Source of the DNA: Hypanus sabinus
Lineage: Eukaryota
Length of the DNA: 64,000 nt
Direction: 5' to 3'
NCBI RefSeq assembly: GCF_030144855.1
Contig: NC_082731.1
Coordinates: 20,584,001-20,648,000, forward strand
Both the position numbers and the translations under genes were made by a program. Each line of letters begins with the position of its first letter. The first letter of the stretch is position 1. The notes under the pieces are model-generated. The model saw only the letters and a program-made list of their open reading frames with translations. It was not told the origin of the DNA and ran no database searches. Below are positions 39,590 through 51,286 of the stretch, piece after piece.

Positions 39590-42500
39590 TGACAGCCCCT
39601 TTGCTTGCGGGACTGACAGTGTCATCCTTGTGAACGTCCTCTGATCCCTCTCCAATGCCAGTACATCTGTGATAGAATAGTAAGCCAAAGCTGTTCAGAA
39701 TGCTAAAGGTGAGGCCTCATGTGTCTTATAAGTCCTCTGCATTACGTCTCTGTCCATGTATTCTGGACATCTTGAGATGAATGCTAACATTTTATTTACT
39801 TTCCTCACCACCGACTCTACCTGCAAGTTAACCGTCAGGGTGTTCTGCACTTGGATCCTCCAAGCCCCCTTTGCATCGTAGATTTTTGGATTTTCTCCCC
39901 GCTGACAAAATAGTCTACACATGTATTTCTTATACCAATGTGCATGCCATTTATTTTGGAGCATTTTACTTTATCCGTCACTCTCTTGCCCATTCTTCTA
40001 ATCTTTCTGTCCTGCTGTAGCCTGCATATTTCCTCAGAACTATCTAACATTCCATCAATCTTTGTATTATCTACAAACCCCATTTCCAGAAATGTTGGGA
40101 TGATTTCCAAATGCAATAAAAACAAAAATCTTTGATATGTTAATTCAAATGAACCTTTATTTAACTGACAAAAGTACAAAGAAAAGATTTTCAATAGGTT
40201 TACTGACCGACTTAATTTTATTTTGTAAATATACACAAATCAAGAATTTGATGCTGCAACACACTCAACAAAAGTTGGGACAGAAGCATGTTTACCATTG
40301 TGTTACATCACCTTTCCTTTTAGTAAAACTTTTTAATCTTTTTGAAACTGAGGATACTAATTGTAGTAGATTTGCATTTGGAAATTTTGTCCATTCTTGC
40401 TTGATATAAGAATTCTGCTGCTCAACGTTCCGTGGTCTCCGTTGTCTGATTCTCCACTTCATGATGCGCCATCCATTTTCAATAGGAAATAAATCTGGAC
40501 TTGCAGCAGGCGAGTCAAGCACACGCACTCTGTGTCTACAAAGCCACGCTGTTGTAGCCTGTGCAGAATGTGGTCAGAATTGTACTGCTGAAATAAGCAT
40601 GGGCGTCCCGGAAGAGACATCGCCTTGACGGCAACACATGTCTCTCTAAAATCCTAATACACGCCTCAGAGGTCAATGCTACCTTCACATACATGCAACC
40701 CACCCATGCCGTGGGTACTGATGCTCCCCCGTACCATCACAGATGCTGGCTTTTGCACCTTTCGCTGATCCAATCCGAATAGTCGTTTTCATCTTTGGCA
40801 CGGAGAACTCGACGCCCGTTTTTTTTTCCGAAAGCTAGCTGAAATGTGGGACTTAACTGACCACAGCACACGGTTTCACAATCTGTCGGTCCTTCTGAGA
40901 TAGGCTCGGGCCCAGAGACCTCGCCGGCGTTTCTGCATAGAGTTGTTGTATGGCTTCCTCCTGCGTAATACAGTTTCAAGATTCATTTCTGACGGACTGT
41001 GTTAAGTGACAATGGTTTTCCGAAGTACTCCGAGCCCAGTTGGCTATAATTGTCGGAGTAGCATGACGGGTTCTTAGGCAGTGCCGCCTGAGGGCTCGAA
41101 GATCACGTGATTTCAACAGTGGTTTCCGACCTTGCCCTTTACGCACTGAGATGTCTCTGAATTCTCTGAATCTTTTCACAATATTATGTACTGTAGATGT
41201 TGAAAGACCTAAATTCTCTGCATAACTTGCGTTGGGAAATGTTCCTTTTGAACTGACTAACAATTCTCTCATGAACTTTGACACAAAAGGGTGAGCCACG
41301 GCCCATCCTTGCTTGCAAAGACTGAGCCTTTGATGGACGCTGCTTTTATACCCAGTCATGATACCTCACCTGCTACCAATTAGCCTGCTGAATGTGGAGT
41401 CTTCCAAATCGGTGTTACTTGAATATTCTGTGCACATTTCAATCTTATTTTAACTCTGTCCCAACTTCTGTTGTGTGTGTTGCAGCCATCAAATTCTAAA
41501 TTTGTGTATATTTACAAAATACAATTAACTTTGTCTGTAAAACTATTGAAAATCTTTTCTTTGTACTTTTGTCAGTTAAATAAAGGTTTCACATGAATTA
41601 ACACATCACAGATATTTTTTAGTTAATTTGAAAATATCCCAACTTTTCTGAAATGGGGTTTGTACAAACTTGGCAACACAACCATCTGTTCCATCATCTA
41701 TGTAATTGACATAGAGTCCAATTATTTTGGAAAATAATTTCTAATACCTCCGTGATCTCTACTGCTCCCATTTAAGGGCGCAAGGGTTCAGTTCATTTGG
41801 TTCGGATGACTTATATACCCTTACGTCCTTCAGCGTTTTGGGACCTTCACCCTTGTAGTTGTTATTGCACTCACATGTATACCCTTGCACCCTTTAACGA
41901 CTGATCGTCTGCTGGGGTCTTCCACAGTGATGCCTGATGCAAAATGCTGATATCGTTCATCTGCCATCTGTCCCCGTGAATTATTTCTCAGGCTATATTT
42001 TCTTGCTTTTTTATATGCAACTCTTCTTACTGTTTTTTTACATTCTTGAAAAAAAAACACTTTTTGCTATCCACTTTGATATTGTTTGCTAGTTTGCGTT
42101 CATATTTCATCTTTTCCTCCTAATGTTTCTTTTAGTTTTTTTCCTAGGTTTTGAAAGCTTCCTAATCCTCTGTCTTCCAACTAATTTTGGCTTTGCTGTA
42201 TACCCGATCTTTTGCCTTTGCATTAGCTTTGACTCCCTTTGTCAGCCATATTACATTACTTTGCCTTTTGCGTATTTCCTCATTTTTGGGTACAGCTTTC
42301 GGGCACCTTTCTCATTTTCTCCAGAAATTTACGCCTATTACTGTTCTTCTGTTATTCTCTGGCAGCCTGCCCTTCATAAACCCTCCATTCTGTATTCATT
42401 GGTCAACTCGTCTTTCATACCACTGAACTTTCCTTCACTGTACTGAAATACTGCTTCGTCAGTCTTTGTTTTCTCACAATCAAATTTCAAGCTCAACTCA

Positions 42501-42880
42501 GTCATATTGGATCACGCCTTGAAATTGTTCTTTTATCCTAAAGTCACTAATTATCTCCAGTTCACTGCACAACACCCAATCCTGTACAAATGATCCTCTT
42601 GTAGGGTGGTGGACAATCTGCTCTAAATTGCCGTTTCATAAGTATTCAAGTAAATCACTCTCTTGAGAGTCCACTTCTAACCTGACTTTCTCAATCAACC
42701 TGCATGTTGACATCTCCCATAACTATCATAACATTACCCTTTTGACACGCCTTTTATATTTCCTGTTGTAATCTGTGCTCCACATTCGAGCTACGGTCGG
42801 GAGGCATGTATATAGCTGACAGCAGAGTTCCTTAACACTTGCTGTTCTTAACTCAACCCAGAAGGATCCGGTGCCCGTCA
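39590..42880 (-). mobile_element. CR1 LINE (RT to endonuclease region) split by the Tc1 insertion
   Basis: Minus-strand RT motifs VRKVNKMLAFISR and VDNTKIDG. Joining the Tc1 flanks restores VAKFVDNTKIDG. CR1-like sequence continues 41665-42880. Confidence 0.8.
40074..41662 (-). mobile_element. Full-length (1589 bp) Tc1-family DNA transposon, IR/DR type, inactive transposase
   Basis: TA on both sides (40072-73, 41663-64); ~210-bp TIRs starting CAAACCCCATTTC, each with inner and outer GTTGGGA repeats; minus-strand HTH (LGLSTSTVHNIVKRFRE...GRKPLL) and SPDLFPIENGW fragments. Confidence 0.95.
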
Positions 42881-42894
42881 CAATCTTGTGTTTG

Positions 42895-43189
42895 TTAGAG
42901 GTACGAATGAGGTGGTTTCGTTGAGCCAGGATCGGAAGGAATTGTTGAATTAGTAGACCGGAGCTTGTCGCTGAGCTGAATTACTCAGCAACTGTCATTG
43001 TCTATCTGTGGAACATCAACATCGTGGAAACTGTGGAAAAATATTTGCGATGTCATCCTCGCATATGTGGCTCAGTCTGAAGACAACCCTGTCAGGATGT
43101 TGGATTTCTAAAGAAGGAATTTATACCCTGTATCTTTGCGCAAATCAGCCAACAGTATTTGGGGACGAAGGTGAACCTGGACAAAAAAA
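42895..43189 (+). pseudogene. V pseudogene of the same family as 2283-2691; no leader seen (CR1 lies immediately upstream)
   Basis: CCAGGATCGG, GTGGCTCAGTCTGAAGAC and YLCANQP shared with the 2.4-kb V. RSS AACAGTA (43151), 23 bp, ACAAAAAAA (43181-43189). Confidence 0.8.
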
Positions 43190-44127
43190 AGTATATCCTG
43201 ACTGCAGTGGGCTCTCATACCAGAGGATGCCCTCAGCCTAAGCTTCACATAAAAGTGGGCCCAGCCATGAGACTCAGGCAACTTCACACCTTCCCTCGAC
43301 AGAGCCCAATGAAGACAACACCACTAGGGGACAAGAGATTAAACACCCCACTCCTATGCTCAAGAAGAAGTGGCTTATTGCTTTTCTATATTTGCTTACA
43401 AGTTTCGAACTCGAAGGAAGGAAGACTGAAGGATGCACAGACTAGGATGGCGTTATGCTTTAAAGGAGAGTCGGACCTTGCTGCTTCCACCAATAGCAGT
43501 GTGAGGCAAATTGCAAACTGAAGGAACCGCACTCAATATTTCTCATGGGGTATCTGCAAAACGACGTTATTAAGTTTTAATTCTCAATGTTAAATGTTCT
43601 GGCCATCCGTTCCCTGTCCCTCCTTTCTCATCACGTAAATATCCTCAGATAATCCTTATTGTCCAACCCGTTCCAACAACCGAGAAGTAATTCTTTCCAC
43701 TCCTACTCCGATCTGCACTTGATAATCTATTTCGACCCCCTTTCCCCCAGCGATCGATAGCCCTCCTCGATGTGTTTGCAGGTTGCCTACCTTTCCTATT
43801 CTGATTCTCTCCATATTCAGCCCACATTCTGAAGACAATTTGTCTCAATCCTACCGAAAGTCTCAATACTCCGGCTGCTTTTGCCACGAGAAGTGTCCTC
43901 GGTCCATGGCATAAGCCAACACAAATTTTATATGTTCAAAATGCTTGTCCTTCGCTCTGCAACACAATGCGAACCGTTCAATGGATAAGGTTATTCTGGC
44001 AGACAGCAACTTGAACCCTAAAATAACGAACCTCCTGAACCATCTGCTCAAAGTAGAGCCACCGCACTCTGAAATGAAGCTTCCGTGAAAGTGCCTCGTG
44101 GAGATGGAGACCATTTTCCTTTTAAAT

Positions 44128-45168
44128 ATGGAACCACACAAGAACGAAGATCTCGTCTTTGCTATTGACTGTCGTCACAATGTTTTCTCCTCTGTTAACT
44201 GAGAATTTGAGCTATGGCATTCGAATTTCTGAACAGTGAACAAAGTAACTAGGATGATTTGCAGCATAACAATCATTCGCAAGAGTAGAAAGAGCAGGTC
44301 AATTCGCCATACCAGGTATTATCTTCATTCTCTAACTTCAGCATCCGACATTCGTAATCTGCACCTATCCAGAATTGGTCTGCGTGATATTAATCGCTGC
44401 ATTGTCCAGCATAACAATCATTCGCAAGAGTAGAAAGAGCAGGTCAATTCGCTATACCAGGTATTATGTTCATTCTCTAACTTCAGCATCCGACGTTCGT
44501 AATCTGCACCTATCCCAGAATTGGTCTGCGTTATATTAATCGCTTCCAACCTCTTTGAGAATTTCAACATTGTATAAACATTATTATACAAACTGTGCAC
44601 TCACATGTGGCACAGAGCNNNNNNNNNNNNNNNNNNNNNNNNNNNNNNNNNNNNNNNNNNNNNNNNNNNNNNNNNNNNNNNNNNNNNNNNNNNNNNNNNN
44701 NNNNNNNNNNNNNNNNNNNNNNNNNNNNNNNNNNNNNNNNNNNNNNNNNNNNNNNNNNNNNNNNNNNNNNNNNNCGAGAGGGAGCAAATTAGAGAAAGCA
44801 AAATCAAATCTGTTAAAGCAAATCAAATGTGATAAAAGAGAGGGAAAGAATCAGACTACAAGAAGAAGATCACTGAGAGGGATCATGAGTAGGAACAGAG
44901 TATCTGTTAACACAGAATTATACTGATTGATTTCATAATCCTACACCTTGAATAAGCGACAAATGCTTTCTCGTTTACAAAAGCGAGAGCCATGCTTTCT
45001 AGCTCGACTGAGACCCCTTGCCCTGCAGTGACTCTATTGCTCTCTCTCTAGTAACAATTTCATAAAATCTTGTTATTGATTGTAATGCAGACAACGTGTT
45101 TCCCCCGTGTTGGTCGATAATCTTAACGGCTGCTCTCCCTGGTGTGTCTTGGCTAATCGGCTAGCACT
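44128..45168 (+). repeat. Paralog of 1-345 and 2031-2320 (upstream region and leader of the 2.4-kb V family)
   Basis: TGGAACCACACAAGAA at 1 and ~44128; GAGGGATCATGA at ~2037 and ~44877; GCTGCTCTCCCTGGTGTG...CTAATCGGCTAGCACT at 2282 and 45129. Confidence 0.9.
44262..44546 (+). repeat. 145-bp tandem duplication
   Basis: CAGCATAACAATCATTCGCAAGAGTAGAAAG starts at 44262 and 44407; single copy in the paralog at ~137-280. Confidence 0.92.
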
Positions 45169-45368
45169 NNNNNNNNNNNNNNNNNNNNNNNNNNNNNNNN
45201 NNNNNNNNNNNNNNNNNNNNNNNNNNNNNNNNNNNNNNNNNNNNNNNNNNNNNNNNNNNNNNNNNNNNNNNNNNNNNNNNNNNNNNNNNNNNNNNNNNNN
45301 NNNNNNNNNNNNNNNNNNNNNNNNNNNNNNNNNNNNNNNNNNNNNNNNNNNNNNNNNNNNNNNNNNNN

Positions 45369-45637
45369 AAATTGCAATTACACACGAAACTATTGCTAAC
45401 ATTTTTGATATACACCGCATCGTGACAAATCTAAAAAAAAAAATACTGCTGAAGCTATATGGCTCAGGGAAGCTGGAGCAGCCTCCAGAATGTTCGGCGA
45501 AGTTTACAGCTAATATGCACAAAGGCAGAGTCAGCTATTTAAATATCTCTGAAGTTCCTGTGCCAGACTCCGGCGTATGCCATTGGGCAATAGAAATTTC
45601 AGTTTCTGAAGGGAGACATTGGGTCCGGATAAAATCC
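45369..45637 (+). pseudogene. V pseudogene, first member of cassette copy 3 (5' end in gap)
   Basis: Close paralog of 20515-20856; LLKLYGSGKLEQPPECSAKF...DSGVCHWAI. Degenerate heptamer, 23 bp, ATAAAATCC (45629-45637). Confidence 0.88.
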
Positions 45638-46304
45638 GGGCTTGCGTGATCACTAGAGGGCGCCTTTGCTGGGTAACCGCTACAGCGGGACGCACAAAAA
45701 CACGAGGATCACGTGATCAACTTAAAATTTTTGCATTCAGCAGCAAAATGCGCGGAACATTGAGGAAACACTTCTTGAATTCCGGTTAACCTAAGTATGT
45801 TGTGGCAGCTTTCCGAAGCATTTTCCAGGATCTCTCATTGGCCATATGTCTGGTTAACAATATCTTGTGGAGAGAGGGATGGACTCTGTGGGTATGGGGT
45901 TAACAAAAGTCGACTAGATCGGAAGAGGCAGGCAGAGAGCAATTGAGAGGACTCAGCGACGGAAATATAGGAGAGTAACGAAAGAGGGAGTAGAGAAGGA
46001 TATACATTGCTGGAAAAAAAGTGTCAGTGAAATTGGATCAAAGGAGGGACGGGTGAGAGAGACAAATTGAATAAAATTAGAGCGAATTTTTTCAAAAACT
46101 GAGAAACGTGGTAGCTCCATTCAGATCGGTGGCTGAATAGGTTCAGCTCTCATTTCCACGGTTCAGTTTCCCATTTAGCAGAGCAATTTAGTCAGGTTTT
46201 AATCGAAGTGAAGGGTGCAGCTTCTCTGACATCATTCTCACAGATCAGTGGTATTAGCGTCTTGGATATAATCTGGTTTAAAATCGTAATCTGGCTGAAA
46301 TCAG

Positions 46305-46830
46305 ACAACATGTACTTCCTTGATCGTCACTGAATATGCTGGCGTAAGCAAATAGTCAGTGGGTGCCCTGTGGGGGAGAGATTTATCACTCTGCATAGGC
46401 CAGTAGGACTGAACAAATCGTAACGCTGAACTACAATTACACATTCGCAAGTGCATGTATATTCCACGGGACATATCAGTTTTCTGCGAGCAAAGACCTT
46501 ATTTCTTGAAACTTTGGAAGATCAGGGGTAGCTTAATAGCCGTGTATGATATGATAGGAGACCTAGTTAAAGGTGACAACTCACACCTTGAAATGGCTTA
46601 TGCAAGACGACGATATTTTCAGACAATTGGACGAAATTACAAGGGGAACGCCAGATGTGAATTTTATTAACGTTGTCTACACAGAGCGTGCTGTCAGGAG
46701 GTCCCATTTGCGTGGATAGGAGATGCCACTCGAACAGCATACAAAACTTAGAGAATAAATCTTGCAGACATTTGAAAAAACTAGTTCAATGCAGGAAGAC
46801 TGAAAACACATTGTCTTAACAGCCTACCTA
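46305..46830 (+). pseudogene. Truncated V stump fused to a CR1 tail, copy 3
   Basis: Near-collinear with 21560-22100; IVTLNYNYTF then CR1 tail RGSLIAVYDMIGDL. Confidence 0.75.
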
Positions 46831-47335
46831 AAGGTTCTTCAAATAACGAAACTAACAAAAACAAATAAACAGCTGCATCAACTACTTCCAGCGTGATATT
46901 GCCTATGTTGTAGAAGCGGCAACCTGAAAAAGACTTGCGATAGATTGATAAGTACGTGCAGCGAACATGCAGAGAAACCGGGAAACAGAGGAGGTGCGGC
47001 ACGCTGGGAAAGGGAGAGAGACGACAGAGAGAGCGACAGAGAGAGCGACAGAGAGCAGAGAAAGAGAAAGAGAGAGAAAGGGGATCAGAGATTACTGCAG
47101 GACGTTGAAAGAGCGATGAACTAAGCAGGATGTCGCATCGAAACAAAGCAAATGCTGATTGGTGCTCCGAAAGTCTCGGATCATTCTGTCAACCAATCCT
47201 TGCAACCAGGGAAACGTCTCCGCTCTTACATAGGTGAAAGGTTTTGATGAAACGATCTCACACCGCAATATCTATTCAGAGAGAATTAATTTCTGGAAGG
47301 AATCTGCCGTTCGACTCGGACAGAAATTGGACACC

Positions 47336-47767
47336 ATGATTTCCATCTGTTTATTACTGATTGGTCTGGCTGTGCTGCCTGGTGAGTCTCTATGAAAGTG
47401 GCCAACGAATTTCCCCGGTGTTCACAACAAGCCAGCGATGTTGATGTTTTATGTCCTTTATTGCAGGAGCGAGCGGAAAAGATTCAGTGACGCAGGATCC
47501 TATCGAATTAACGGTCGAGGAAGGACTGAACATAACACTTAACTGTAATTACAGTTATGCTGGTGCAACTATCTTTTGGTACATTCAACATATCGGAGAA
47601 AGTCCAAAGTATTTGCTGAAGTTCTATAGCACAGGAGACATGGAGCAGCATCAAGATTGCCCAGTGAGGATTACCGCTAGTTTGCACAAAGGCAACAAGA
47701 CGTCTCAGTTGCATATCCGTGAAGCTCTAGTGTCGGACTCTGGCGTGTATCTCTGTGCAATGAGTAC
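47336..47767 (+). CDS. TRAV/TRDV: Apparently functional TCR alpha/delta V gene segment (leader 47336-47381, intron 47382-47466, V exon 47467-47767)
   Basis: MISICLLLIGLAVLPG-ASGKDSVTQDPIELTVEEGLNITLNCNYSYAGATIFWYIQHIGESPKYLLKFYSTGDMEQHQDCPVRITASLHKGNKTSQLHIREALVSDSGVYLCAMS; GT/AG intact. Confidence 0.94.
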
Positions 47768-47806
47768 CACACTGTTTCACGGCGACTGCGGGTCCAAACA
47801 AAAACC
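47768..47806 (+). other. 23-bp-spacer RSS with consensus nonamer
   Basis: CACACTG, 23 bp, ACAAAAACC. Confidence 0.95.
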
Positions 47807-47830
47807 GGTCCTGTACAATACTAAAATCTT

Positions 47831-47894
47831 TCACTGGAGGGCGTCGTTTTGCGAGGAAACTCGAAGGGCCGCCCACATCATCCTTGGTCACGTG
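47831..47894 (+). promoter_or_regulatory. RSS-proximal CTCF-like motif (47831-47844) and E-box (47889-47894)
   Basis: TCACTGGAGGGCGT and GGTCACGTG. Confidence 0.6.
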
Positions 47895-50844
47895 CCCTAC
47901 TAAAGAGCGCTGCAATCAGCAACACATAATCCCGAAGCTAAAGGAACTGCTGCTGTTTACAACTCGGACCGAAACTGTATATCAGAATGTGCATTCACCC
48001 ACGTTATGTTGCTGCAACGGCATATCACGTTTGAGACCCTTGTCTGACATTTTCTTCTGCCACTTTGTTCGGGTGTTTGCAGTGAGAAATAATGAGAACG
48101 GAATGGAGCCGGGATAATTTAAATGGTAGAATAGCTGACTAAAGGAAACCAAATGGTGTGGAAATTGGTGGTTTTCTGATTGATGAAGTATTGCAAGTGG
48201 CATGCTAATGAAAATAAGGATGTTGCAATATCTACTTATTGTTTATTTTGAGAATTTATATAATGCGGCAGAACCAGCGGATGCTTAACGTGACAGAGAA
48301 TGCCGATACTATGTTGGCCGCTGCTGCGAGAAAAAGGTTCAACATTTAAAGTGAATTTATGATTAAACCACATATACGTGATTGCGTACTCCCCCGAGAT
48401 ACTTTTTCGGTATAAAAGAGAGTGATGGAGGAGAGAGGGAATGGGATCACAACTGGGTGATTGCTTGTATAATCTGGTTTCCCAATCAGATTTAACCGAT
48501 CTGATGTTACCGCCACGTGGAAAATTCCCATCGATATGTAAGTAGGAGAGGGAATTTGTTTATTATTGTCACAAGATTGCCTTGATTCGGGTTTCACAGA
48601 TGAATTTACCTGAACTTTAAGAACTTTGAATCACCCACGATCGAAGAGACAAAGAGAGGGAACGTCCCTTTACTGCCGAGGGAGCTCAAAGTGATATCTT
48701 CTGTTTCCACAGGAATATTTCCTCTTTTTGAACCTCATGGTTTAATTATATGTTTACTGTGTTGAAGAATTCCATTGCTACACTGTCTCATCTGAAATGG
48801 TGGAGCAGACTCGATAGGTCAGTTGCCTAATTCAGTTCCTCAATTCTTATAGTCCTATGGTCAACTGATTTATCGGTTCAATTCTCGTACATTGCTCTTG
48901 ACATACACACTCAGTGAACTTCCGATCACGGGCACAAACTACTCATAACGTCTTTTGCGGTCAGTGTGCTACATTGTACTGCGCAAACTGTGGAAACGAG
49001 CACAGAAGTATTTGCTGACAGCATCGAAATTGTCGGAATCCAACCAGATCCCTGGTGAAATAATACCAGATATCGCCAGGGTGCCACGATATGCAGCCTA
49101 CAGTCCATAACGACCGCCACTTCCGCACTCAACTGATATTTTATGAACTGATGAAAGACAGCCTGATGTATTTCTTCACTTTGCAGACGTTTGCAGTTAC
49201 CCCAAACTGCTTTACTTTTATTATACATTTTGTTGTTGTCAGATATACCAGAGTACAATGAAAAGAATGTGCAGCACGCTTCGACGGTTCCGATTAAAAT
49301 CAGAGAATGGGCGCGATGCCCAACCTGGAATATATAGTCTCCATACATATTCTTAAAACAGAGCAAATTACTTTCAGTAACTGCAGCTTAATTCATTAGC
49401 ATTTCCACTACCAGCCACTGTCGAAGTAACCGCGAAAGTACAAGGAGAGACTTGGTCTACAGTGAAGATAACATAGCTCTTTACTGCAACATTTCGTCGA
49501 TCCACGCGGTAACGTGAAAGTCTGATATGAATTGTTCGAAAGTGAGAGAGCAGACAACAGTTGCTGTTACGACGTTGCAGTGAAGCATTGTTTTAATTAA
49601 AATAGCCCCGACTGGTAATCGGCTGTGANNNNNNNNNNNNNNNNNNNNNNNNNNNNNNNNNNNNNNNNNNNNNNNNNNNNNNNNNNNNNNNNNNNNNNNN
49701 NNNNNNNNNNNNNNNNNNNNNNNNNNNNNNNNNNNNNNNNNNNNNNNNNNNNNNNNNNNNNNNNNNNNNNNNNNTTAATCGTAGTCGAATCCCTGTGATT
49801 GCTATTATCCCATAATTTAGAAAAGAAAAAAAAAAAGAATATACTACGAAACGATAGCGCCGAGTCTTCCGGAAAGTCTTTTGTTGTACTTACTTGAATC
49901 TCTTCTGTTTTTGTCGGAATAACATATTCTAATCTTCTTCTGTTCATTTTATTCAATTTACAATTTTCCCGCTGCGAGGTTCTTTGTATTTAATACTCTG
50001 TTTGATGAATCAGGCGAATCCGTCAGAGCGTGTCCTCCAGAGTTATAGCGTTCCGGCGTCCCTCGCACCTTCGTGGCCTGATACAGGGACAAGTGAGGCA
50101 GATTTCGTGATCCGCTGAAGGAGAGATTTAATGACACTGGAAGGGAGACTGTGTCACTAAGGTGCAGTTAACTGGAATCTGGCTGAACCTATGGATTCAG
50201 TGGCAATAAATATTTGGTGTTCTATTGACAAGAAATATCCAACGGGGTCCTAGAAGATTGAAAGATATTCCGTCAATAAGTTAAAAGGCTATTAATAAGT
50301 TAGATAACAGCAACAACGGTAAGTCATAATTTTGCGGAAGTCTCGTAGGAATGGTCGCGGATAAGCTGGTTAGAATGGAGTGACAGGGATGGAGCAGGTG
50401 CTGAATGGCAAAGAAAGCGAAAGCGAGTTGATAGAGTGTTCAGGAATGAAGTAAATAGAAAAATAGTAGTCAATGTCCGGAGTGATAACGAGAGAGAGAA
50501 GTAGGTATGGATAGAGCAAATTAGAAAGAGAGACGGAGAGAAAGAGAAAAAGATAGTTAAATAGATAGATGAAGCAAGGCAAAGAGGGGAGAGAGAGGGA
50601 GAAAGTGAAAGAAAGAGACTGGGGGGAGAGAGAAATTTATAATGTAGAAAAAGGCAAAAAAGGGGTTTTCAACTCAACTAGATTCTGATTCGTGCTCATA
50701 TAACCTTTGATCTGGTTTTATCTAGCAATCGTTGAGCATTGTACCATTCAGTCTACTTCTGATACGTTTTACTCTCCATGACCTGTCACGGTGTTAAATT
50801 CCTGGAAGTGATTTGCGATCCTATCGGGGCTGAAGCGAGTCAGT

Positions 50845-51286
50845 ATGCGTCCTTAGTTTCGTAGGCGTGTCTTCGCCATCCAGACTGCTAAGACGCTGCA
50901 CAAATGACCAGCGAGAGCGCAGTTCAGTGCAAGCCAGGGAAGTCATTGCTTTCTGTCCTATTTTGTAGGAAAGAGGAAGTACAATTTTGTGATCAGGATG
51001 CTCCTAGAGTACCGGCTGATGAAAGTGAAATGATAACGCTGAAATGCAGTTAAACATGAACCAAGACAAACATGTTTGTTGCACTCAGCATCGCGGAGAA
51101 TCTCCTAAAAGCTGCAGAAGCTGCATGACTGAGGAAATCGGGAGCGGCCTCAGAATGTGCGGTCGAGGTTTACAGCTGTTATGCCCAAACACAGAGTCAG
51201 CTTATTTAAGTATCTGTGGAATTCTTGTCCCGGACTCTGGTGTATACCTCTGTAGAAAGGACACCTCAGTGTTGCAGGGAGGCAGC
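50845..51286 (+). pseudogene. V pseudogene, first member of cassette copy 4; RSS interrupted
   Basis: Paralog of 23595-24031; ILVPDSGVYLCRKD; CTCAGTG (51265-51271) plus 15 bp of spacer, then unrelated sequence until ~51450. Confidence 0.85.

Noticed and set aside
44262-44546. Repeat array or CRISPR-like structure
   Set aside because: A simple two-unit 145-bp tandem duplication without spacers, in eukaryotic DNA.
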